Shown here piece after piece: positions 10,270-20,700 of a stretch of 64,000 nucleotides of DNA (positions are counted from its first letter, which is position 1; each line of letters begins with the position of its first letter). The position numbers were made by a program, and so were the translations under genes. The notes under the pieces are model-generated. The model had not been told where the DNA came from. It saw only the letters and a program-made list of their open reading frames with translations, and searched no databases. The stretch spans positions 380,128 through 444,127 of the forward strand of contig JBLWGC010000035.1 of NCBI GenBank assembly GCA_048772705.1. The letters run 5' to 3'. This DNA comes from Leidyana gryllorum EB-2025a. Taxonomy: Eukaryota > Protista > Apicomplexa.

Positions 10270-10569
10270 CAGTGATACGAATCACTTGCAAAAAAAACTT
10301 GGACGGGACTTTGAAGCTTCGTGTCCCAGAAACCTCCTGAGGTCCCATTCAGCGCACAGCCATCAAACTTCCGAAAATCTTCGTCTGACACACGCTATTG
10401 TTGCACATCCCGACTTCTGCATAACTAATTTGCTTTTCTCTCATTTTCAACTTTTCAAGATTCTTTCTACACCAATGCATCCGTTGAGTGCAGTTTTGCA
10501 TGATGTTGCGGTGATTCAGCGCTGAAGTGAAAATGCATTGTCGGACGTCTGAGCGTCGACTCACAGATC

Positions 10570-13290
10570 TCATTCCACGTGTATGGATGGCTGAAAGATG
10601 TTTGAGCGGCTTCTGTGCAGTGGAGTCATTGTTTGGCAGGTTTCGGGGTTCACAAGTGGCTCGTCAAGAAGAGCAAAGAGCCAAGTGGATGTATAAGCTA
10701 AAATGAGGAGGACGACAGGACTCGTACTCAGCAGACCACTCATCCCGTTGTCTAGCGGCATATATCTCGCCTGCAGGCCGCGCGGCAAAGGTGTGTTCAA
10801 GGCATCTTGATTGTGGGCTTCAACACTCAAGTATTGCAAACCGCGTTCTCTGATCTCTTTTGTTGACATCAACAACGTTATCTGATGGGAACCAATGTGG
10901 GCTTCGACGGAACCAACATAGACACGCGCTCGTTAATGAGGCTCTTGAGAGGGGTGAGGCTCAAGCTGAGCCTCGAGTTCCCACTTCGCCGCGTTGTTGG
11001 TGCAGGCGGCCTTCGTGGTATCTATATGTCGCAGATGCGTCAACTGGACCGAGCTATATATCGGTGGCATCACAAGATAGAGATCAGTCTGTCCAGTCAA
11101 GACCTTCGAGCAATGAAAGTTGATGGTGATGCTGATCTCGGTCATCGTCCCAGATTGAGGTGGTCCCGTGACCTCCAGTTGGCAACTATCAGTCTTATTG
11201 TTCCCGGCTAAGAGCGCTCTGTAATCTGGAGGCAGTGAGAGTGATGTTTCTTGAACACCCTTGTTCCAGGCGAATAACCGAAACGCGTCAGCGACTTGAT
11301 ACGTCGTCTCATTACACCGCGTGCTTGGGATTCTCGAGATGGCCGAGATTGCATCTCCTCCGGGCCGAACAAAGTCAGGGATAGCAATTAAGTACTCGCC
11401 GTCTGATACCAACGGTTGTAGGTTGCCTGATTGGTCGAAGACCTCCATGGACACAATCTGGAACGTGTCCTCAGCGGAATTCGGGGAGAACTCGTAAACA
11501 AGCCCACGGCTTGATGTCAGAGTACGCCACTTTCGTCCCCGTCCGCGTATCCGAGAAAAGTTTTGCTGCTCCTGAAAGAGATCCAGCGACTCAAAACCCT
11601 TCAGTCGACAAACCCACAGTGTATCCGAAAACGGCACAATGCGACTCATCTTTTGCCGGTCCAGAGCGTGCGCTGAATCCAGAAGGAAGCCCCCCGCACC
11701 ATCCTGGAATTCAATACAGCTGCCGTCAGACTGGGTTCTTCATCCAGCATAACCGTCTCCACTGCATCTGCCACCAATCGTGCGAGACCATTGTCTTCCA
11801 TCTCAGACACATCAGGGGCAGGCATGCGGCATCGAATATCGCCGTGGTGAGGGTTCGAATTTGCTTCCTCGACTTCCGCCTCCCAGAGTTGCAGCATCTC
11901 AAAGATTCTCTGTGCGTCAGCCTGCCCGTCCACCCACTGTTGATCGTAGCAAGATTCCCAAAGACAATGATCAACTACTTCTACATTGTGACCGACAACG
12001 TCATAAGCAGTCATTCGGCCGTGATTGAACTTAAACCGGTGCAATGCGAACTCTTGTAGTCTTCCTCGTGTCTGTACAACTGACCGAGTCCACCCGACCG
12101 GCACATTTGAGTGCGCAAGGTCATCAGCGGTCTGTGTGATGTACAGCCCCTGCTTTGAGCTTCCGCCGACAATCAAGTCCACATTCGTGTCCAGTTTGGA
12201 GATCAGTGTCAGGAATTCGCTGTCGGGGGCCGAAGAATCGCTGAGACTGTCATGTACCAGCGCTATCACAGCTGAGCATCCCAACTCTTCCTTCACACCT
12301 TCGGCCCAAATATTTCCCGGGATGTGAGGCTCTTCAATACTCCAGTGCTCCCGGGCGAAGAGTGGAACACTGTTCAGCGCGGAAGACGGCAGAAGCCCTA
12401 TGAATCCAACCTTATACTCGACACCATCGTTCCCAATCAGGGACTTGATCTTGTACGGCTCAAATATCCATCCAGGTATTTCAAAGTCCCTTGGGCGTAA
12501 TGGACGGGAGTTTGTCCGGTCCCATGCATTTGTGATTATGAGAGACGTCTGTGATGCAAGCCGAAACCGATATCGCCAGAAATTGGAAACCTCGAAATTG
12601 CCCAGACTTGAGGTCCAAATTCGACAAGAGTCCATTAAGATGTCTTCGAAGCTATCAAGCCCGACTTGATTCGAGTAGCCAGGCTCACCAACATTATATC
12701 GAGTAGACACGAACTCTAAGAGCGGGAATAGTGACTCCCGGAAATGGGACATGGCGTACCCAAAGTGGATCATGGAAGCCTTGTTGCTGTCCGTCGAGTC
12801 CCGAGACACGTAATTACCTTTGATGCTGCTGATGCTGCCCACTACATATTCGGTCTCGGGAGTATCCAGTGGCACCTTGTCTCTCAAACATAACTTCCCC
12901 CATTGTATTGCAAAAGCTCCGTTATCAGACGTTACATTCTCGTCAACGGAACTTTCAACAACGAACCATATGTCAAGTTCTGGATTAACTTCACGGAACG
13001 GCGATCGAAGTCTGCGAAGTTCAAAATCTTCCGGCAAGGTCATCCAAACAGGTTCAGTGCCATTGTTATACGCTTTGAGGAATTGTTCCACCTTGTATCC
13101 CGCTCCTTCCTGATGGTGAACGTGTAAAGCCTCCAGTGAAGCGTTGCCAGATGCTTCCACTTCTAAGAAACCAAAGCTTGTCTCCTGGACCTACCACTTC
13201 GGGGTGGTGGTACATATATCCCTGTTGGCCGTGAGCAGTACTCCATAGAAGGAAAGATATGAGTGCAGTCCAACTTTTACCCCTCCTCAT
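10570..13290 (-). pseudogene. Degenerate third 5'-nucleotidase paralogue (catalytic motifs lost, disrupted frame)
   Basis: Four ORF pieces (13290 signal peptide; 13160-11646; 11649-10933; 10875-10570) are colinear with paralogues 1 and 2: YKVGFIGL, GCSAVIALVH, VDLIVGG, LARLVADAVE, VPFSDTL, IPDFVRPGGDA, hydrophobic tail. Frameshifts near 13168 and about 11690; in-frame TAA at 10933-10935. Confidence 0.72.
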
Positions 13291-15376
13291 CCTGCCCCTC
13301 AGGATTTGCTATCCGTAACGGGTGGGGAGACCTAAAAACAATTGAGCCGTCACTTGAAGTTACAGCTCGGTAGCTCGACGGAGTCACTGTCCAACAACTC
13401 AATCTTCTCGACAGCATCCTACCATTGCAAAGATTAATGTGCCACTGCAGTTCCCCACTCGTTGGAGTCGAAGATAGCGTTGCCACACCGCCCTCCGTTG
13501 ACCACTCAATCGATCTCGCCACGGCCGATAAATCTGACCCACTCTCCTGATAAGAATGTTTGGCCAAACGATAGCTAGTCTCGCATATTACTCACCTCAG
13601 CCAGTATCAACTCTTCCTCGCATTCTGCCGCAGCACCTAGATTGAGTGTCGGATTCCAAGTTTGGGAGGTCACTGGTAACTGCTGAACTATCAAGCCTGC
13701 TTTGATGAGAGTAGTGCTATCTTCCCTCTGGCGGAAAGTGGTGTCTCCTTTGTTATTGTAAGAGTTCGGTGTGCCACGGCACAACATCCACACCCCATTC
13801 GCGTCGGGGGTTAGAGTCATCAGAGCACAGTTCGTGTTTCTCACACACGCGGAGACCGCGAGGTCGGAAATGGTCATATCCTATCGCCACTAATCTCAAT
13901 GGTCTAAACGATGGGCAGTACCGTATCATCTGCTTCGATGCGCACAGAAGGTTCACAATGGGTAGCGACGTTATCTAATCGCTGAAATGCTGCTCATTAT
14001 ATAGCGCCCGGCAAAGGCGTACCAAGAAATTCTGGTCCACATCAGCTGAAGGCATACGATAAGAGCTGAGAAGAATAAGGTCTTCAGAACTCACGCGCTT
14101 GTGATATCGCAAGGGCGTCCTCCAATGGCGCATGAGGTCCGGGCAAGAAGACATCCTCAGGCAGGTCTGCTTGTAGAATACCCTGCTGAGGGAGGGGAGC
14201 GAGATGGGGGTTACCAGCCTGTATAGATTCTTACCCCGCTTCGGACGCGACCAACAACTTCAACCACAGCCACACCGGCCGCGAATATTTGACGCATAGC
14301 ACACGTGTGTGCAGTACGATTCCTCAAGGTTGTTGTTTCCTGATTTGCTCGACAAGTACGGCAATTGCGCTGGGCAGAGGAAGTCGGCATTTATCAACAG
14401 ACGCCGCTTTGGGTTGTGCCGCTTGTCTCGGAACACCTAAGAAGGCCGTTGGTACTCGACGGAGCTGCGGACACCGGCTTACCCAATGATTCATATTCGT
14501 AAAATGCGCGGGGGGGCGCTCGTTGAACAATCGCGTAAACAGCGTCAATCTGTAGAAAATGGAGGATTCGCTACGGACGTCTACGCACCAATTGTTGGGT
14601 GATGTAAGTGGCACGCGTCCAATGTTGCAGACTCGGGTCGTCAGTGGAATGGGGAAGGTGAGTGAGAGCATCGATAACTTCTTTTGTAACAATGAATAGC
14701 TGGACGGGCTTATTAGCCTGTTTGTTCGACCATCTGGTGGGAAGTTGATTGAAGAATTGGTGGTCATCTGACAACTTACGCCCTTCCAGCATCCTGTTTC
14801 GCGCTGACAACCGCCTGTGGTGTGGAATACTCCAAGAGAGCAACACCATCTGATCGTTTCCGTCCTGTAGCCTCGAAGATATGAATTCCTCGTGGTCCTC
14901 CGTAGGTACAGGCTCCATCCCAGATCTCAGCTTCGCTCATCATCTACAGTGCGACATGTATTGACAGTGGAATGAGCGGTCTCACCCAGTGGAGGTTAGC
15001 TAAGATGACGAAATTCTTCTGACTATATCCACCACCGCTGTCCGCTGGCGGTGGGGGCACCGGGGGAGGTACTCCCAAGAAAAGTACTTTATCTGAATGC
15101 GAGTTCGAAGGAGAAGGAGCAGCTTCAGCAGTTACCTTTGCGATGAAATGCTGGGCGTTTCTTAGTGTCCAAGGTCACCGTTGAGCGGTCGGGTCCTCGT
15201 CGAATAGGCGCCGTTGCGTTTCGTCCTGACATTCCCCCCAGTTGCCCACCAAAGTTATAGCGGTGGTGAGTCAGCTCCAACTCGAAGTCCATGACCTGTA
15301 CGTTCGTTTCCTCATCTTCGCTTAAGTCCACCGAAAGACTGTCGGAGCTCTCATCATCAGCAGCTGGAGGGGGCAT
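13277..15376 (-). CDS. Multi-exon hypothetical protein (exon structure uncertain)
   Basis: ATG at 15376 (MPPPAADDESSDSLS), followed by a run of minus-strand open segments separated by GTAA/GTGA...AG pairs; last segment stops at 13277. No recognisable domain. Confidence 0.45.
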
Positions 15377-15408
15377 GGGCCGAAAAAACAACACCAAATT
15401 TGAGTAAG

Positions 15409-17748
15409 ATGGCTCCCGCGACTGATGGAGGGTTGGGTCCATTAGATCTCCTGGAGGCGGCCAGGAAAAGCATTTTTGACATGACGAAGGCTCATCGGAA
15501 CGACTCGGCTATCTGGAAGGTGCTTGTGTATGACAATCGCGGATGCAGCGTTATGGCTCCCTGCATCAAGGTAATTCAGATGGGTTGTGTATCCACAGCG
15601 TTACATCAAATGGTAGCGTGGTGAATTGCGGCAGCAAGGCATAACATTGGATATGTTGTTATCAAATGCACGATCTCAAGTGCCTGGTGTTGGTGCCGTA
15701 TATCTGGTTCAACCTACCGAGGAGAATCTTAGAGTGATCTGTGACGATATTAAGAAGGGTCTGTATCGCACATACGCAGTCGAATTCATTTCTCCCGTAT
15801 CTGACAATCTCTTACGATTCTTTGCCTCCCAAGTGGCTGCTATAACACCTGGGGGAGCCAATATTGTGAATCGTGTTGTGGACCGATTTCTGGATTTTCA
15901 CGCATTGGCGCCCAATCTATTTAGTCTCGGGTTACCTATGGCCTTCGAAATCTTCCACTCTCCAAACTCCAGCGACGCTGCAGTGAGTTCGGTTCCTATC
16001 ACTTCACACACCCACAGTTGATAGATAACAGCGGTAATAAATCGGATGGTTGACGGCCTCCTGTCAGTGATCAGGACGTTGAATATACGACCCCTCATCA
16101 AATGCTCACGCAACTCTTCCAGTATCGCTCGAGCCGTCGCCATGGCCTTAGACGTGAGTGCAAGGACCCCTGTTGTCTCCAACAAGGCACTTTGTTCTCT
16201 TTTAGCAACGGCTGCGTCAGTTTATGGATACCGGATCTGGGACCGGTTCCGAAGCCGCTGAGTGGACCAACGCTTCGAACTGGGCATCACGGGCTCGACG
16301 TACTCTCTTATTGCTCACAGATCGCTCAATGGATTTCCAAGTTATGACCCGGCACACTTGGACTTACCAACCACTCATCCATGATGTATTTGGCATAGAG
16401 TGAGTTGTTGCACGTTCACTGTTGTATGGCTCTTACTTTGCAGTCTCAACCGCATCAAGCTCCCCTCCACACCCAAACAAGAGGAGCAGATGATTGATTT
16501 GGACCCGTGAGTCAGAAGTGCCATGGCAATGGCCGGTAACCACCCACCTCTCTCTCACAGAGTGGATCCCTTCTTTGTACAATATGCCGGGATGCAGTAC
16601 CCTGAGGTGGCCTCTGCGTGTTCTACTCTACTGAAGGAATACAACAAACGAATGGAGGACATACAGAAGGGAGGTAATGTATGGGGAGATATGGAAGCTG
16701 ACGGATTGACTCGGAACGTTTCTCGTGCTCTGGAGGCGGCTCCCGAGATGATCAAGAAAAAACAGTAAGTCGACGGGACGAGTATCTCGCCAAGATATGC
16801 TCGGTGAACAGCTCGTTGGATATGCACACGACGCTCGCTACAAGGCTTCTTGATGTCATCAACGAACGAGATTTAGCCAAGTTCTTTGAGACCGAAGTCC
16901 AAATTGTGGAGTCAGGCTTCCCGGGTTCCAAACAGAATCTGTACTCTCAGATTGAAAAGATGATGATTTCTGGGCCAGGCACCCAGATGGATAAACTCCG
17001 TCTCCTGCTCACTCTTCACTTATCGCAAGGTAGGGGCTGAGACGTGAATTCTGACCCAAAGACTCTTGGCAGCTGGACAAGGCTCGGCAGCTGAGATCAA
17101 CAAAATGGCCGCTATGCTCCAACAGAAGTCTCCCAACCCTGTCGCTGGTCCTCTGCCCGACGCCCTCAAATTCCTTCGTCATTTTGAGACAATGTCTTCC
17201 CTGGGCAGAGAGGGGGCGAGTATGGGTGCCACCGTGGCGGCAGCTCACCCCGGCGCCCCCGGCGGCGCCCGAGACGGCTGGGGATCCATGATGGATCGGA
17301 GTCGAGGACTGGTACAGAACATGATGCATCTCTTCCCACTGATTCCGATCAAACATGAGTGCAAATTGGTCAAGTTGGTCGAACAGCAACTCGACAATAC
17401 GGTCCCTCAACCCGACCCACTGATGACATTGGATCCTTTCGTGAGTGTGACAGTCTTCTCCGTCCGTCACAGTGTGCTGTTTGTCGCAGAATGTTGGTTC
17501 TCCGGCCGAGGGACCAAATACCACCTGGCGGAATTGTATTGTGTTTATGGTTGGGGGAGGCACTTACGTTGAAAGCAATGCTCTCACTGACTTATGTGCT
17601 AAGACTGATCGGCGGGTAGGTCACGTGCATATCTCGATTTGGCAAATTAGGTCTTTTTGACTGGCTGTAGATAATATATGGATCTACTCATCTCTATCGT
17701 CCCGAGGACATGGTAGACCAGTGGGAACGGTTGGGCAGAGCACTGTAA
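15409..17748 (+). CDS. SLY1: Sec1/Munc18 family protein, Sly1/SCFD1 type; multi-exon
   Basis: WKVLVYD...MAPCIK..ELRQQGITL, AVYLVQPTEENL, HTWTYQPLIHDVFG, LDMHTTLAT, IVFMVGGGTYVE; short GT-AG introns (e.g. 15571-15616). Confidence 0.9.
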
Positions 17749-17789
17749 TAGGGAATGGTTTTGGTGAAAACTGACAACTGTGAGGCAAA

Positions 17790-20700
17790 TCACGCAGCAC
17801 TGCTCTGCTCGACTGACGGGGAAGCGGTCTGTTGCAGGTGCTTATAAGTCACTCTACGCCACAGCTGCACCAATCCTGCGACATCAGCAGATGCCAATAT
17901 CGTAGCAGGATGGTTTACATCCACCGCCAGTACTCCGTGCTCGTGCCCGCGCAGATCCTGAGCGGCGACGTAGTCTGCATCGCCCATTGCTGGTCTACTG
18001 AACACCTTGATCTACAATGGGAGATGGAACGGTCGTTCAGTTACTTGTCACCTCACCTTGCTATCTTCCGAACCGGACACCAACCAAAGTTGATCCTCTC
18101 TTGGTACGATTCGCGACATGAGGGGTACACAAGTGTGTTGAATCTGGTGGGTGGTGGTGGTGGTGGTAAATTGAATGTGAGGGTGGCTGTACGCACCTTT
18201 AGTCTTTGCTTGACGCTGAGTTGGCGGATGGCAACGCTCGACAGACTGTATTGACACTTAACGATAGCAATCGTTTGATCGCAATAGTTCACAATCACAG
18301 TGGGTTGGCTTCCTGGGCAGAAAGTGACGCAAGTGACGGCAGCTTGATTCTGAAAGGCAAAGAGAGTGATTGGTGAGGAAGTCAAAGACGAACTTACGGC
18401 GCCTGTCAAGTGAAGTTTTGTTACGAATTGGAGCCGGTTGTTTTCAGCCACCTCATACGCTTCGACTGAGCCGTCTTTAGTTCCGGCAATCAGATTCAGA
18501 CCTGATGTGTCGAAACAGATGGCTCGAATCTCGGCGTCGACTCTGATGCGTTGCACCACATTCCCCTCGTGTGAGTCGACAACTCGCACAACTTGCTTTT
18601 GGTTTGATGTGAGGAATAATCTAGGATCTGTGGGGAGATATGCTGCCACCAAGATGGGAACAGAGTCAGAGAAAATCTTGGACAGATAGCCTTGTTGCAA
18701 ATCCCAGAATCGTACAGTGGAATCGATAGAAGTGGATGCGAGATGCATTCCATCGTGAGTAAAGAACAAAGAGGTCACAGCTTTAGAATGCCCCTCGAAC
18801 ACTTTCCACTTTTCGACGGGTTCTGTCGGCGGACGCCACCATTCCGAGGTCTCTTTGTCATTCGGTGAGATTGAAGGTCTGCGTTGGTCGCCATTATTGG
18901 CCAACTCTTTGGTGAGGAGTTCCCTGTCTTCAGGAGTTAACCGGATTTTGTAGGTCAAGATGACCCCGGCCTTTGTGGCGACGGCCAGTAAGTGGAATTC
19001 TCGATCTATCGTGGGCTTGGCAAACTTGATACAGGTAACGGCAGTCTTCACGGGCAATGTCATTGTCTGCCATCTCGTGATCTCTCCATGTAATTTCGCT
19101 TTCTCTTTGTCGCGACTCTCATTCAGCAAAGTCTCATTTCCTTGGAGACTCTCAGCCAGCAGTTCGGCGACAGGTGGCGTAGAAGTCCGTCCACTTCGTC
19201 CACCCCGCCCCAAAGTGCGCTTTGCTCCAACTCCCCATATGTTGGAGAGCCCTTGCATTAACATCTCGTTTAAGGTTCCAGCTTGGGTCTTCTGCTGTGG
19301 GGACTGAAGAAAAGCAAGTCATACCAAAGGACCGCGACGAGACAGGTGCATAACCATAACAGAAACACGAGGGACGCTCTTCATCTATCACACAGCACCG
19401 AGGACACAAGTGAGGCAGGGGGACGGCGGCTGGGGTGCAGGACGCACAAATAAATGCCGGAGACGGCTGACACTCCACACCACTTCCACCACTCCATGGG
19501 CTGTAATAACCAAATCTCGCCTCCGCGCCTCCACAAGCCGCTGCCGAAACCCAACGAGAGCCCGAACAATGATCGGTAATAGGATACTCGCTTGGAGAGA
19601 CGGCAGCAGATCGTTGTCGCAGACATCTATGAAAGATAGCAGAGCGGCAGATGCAGTGTCCATAGCTAGAAATCGTCTTCATACTCCGACTCGACGGACA
19701 ATCGTAGTGCCACTGCCGCTCAGTGGAGGGGGAAGACCAACATTGACAATAAGGAGGAGAAAGCGGCGGTGGAATCATAACATTGTACGGCGAGGGAGTC
19801 ACAGGCATTCCAATAACGATATTTCCCGACTGTAGAGGGGTGTGAAATCTCTCCTCAGGCGGCGGCGGCGGTGTGCGAACCTCTTCTTGAGCAGAGGCTC
19901 GGTGAGCCTCATACGAGTAAAAAGGAGAAGGAGGGACAAATGAAGGGGGGGAAGCGCTATCAAAGGGGGCGCTTGCACAATCGGGACTCGCCGCCGAGGG
20001 CAATTCTCCATAAGGGGACACCACAAAATCCTGTTCTGTTACAAATACCTTTTGCTTTTGATTGGCAATCGCTGAGGGATTTCCTCGTAACGAACACACC
20101 TCTTGATAGGTCAGATCTCGAGCGGCTCGAACATCACTCGCCCACACGGCAGGCACACTCTCAAAGTCTTCAGGCGTTAAGAGCGTCAGTCCAGCTCTGG
20201 CCACTTTGCGTAGTGCCACAGGATTGTAAGCCAGACGTAGCCACTCCGATGGCCCTTCTGCACTCGGAGTACTTCTGGCAGAGGTGGGCGTTTGTTGGTC
20301 CAGTAAAACAATTAAGCGTCGGCAGTCTGGCGAAACCTGCGAGACGGAGACGGGAGAAGAAAGTTGTAATGTGAAGCCGAATCTATAAGGCACTTACCTT
20401 TGACCATAGGGGATTCTTGATCGCCCAGTCATCTAACTGATTCAGCTGGGAGCAGCAAAGACACAGTCCCACAAATCTGGAAGGGGTGGCAAATGACCGA
20501 TCGATGAGAGGGTGGCAGCTCACCGGAAGTGGTTCGTGACCCGTTTTTGGTCAGGTAAGGGTAGATCGTCCAATTCAGAGGAATTGAGGACAGAGACGCT
20601 CAGAGGAATTTCCTGTCCTGGCAATTGGAATGAGATTTCACGTTGTTTTAACCATCCTTGTTCATTGGTCGCTCGGCTGGTGAGTGGTTCGAAAGGACCT

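Noticed and set aside
10933-10935. In-frame TAA as evidence of a reassigned genetic code
   Set aside because: TAA is the normal stop for several intact genes here (SLY1, reticulon, HscB), and long conserved ORFs lack internal stops.
17790-19264. Stand-alone WDR13-like WD40 gene
   Set aside because: Similarity is plausible, but an in-frame acceptor lies just upstream of the ATG and MyoF normally ends in WD40 repeats. Treated as the myosin tail, though not fully excluded.
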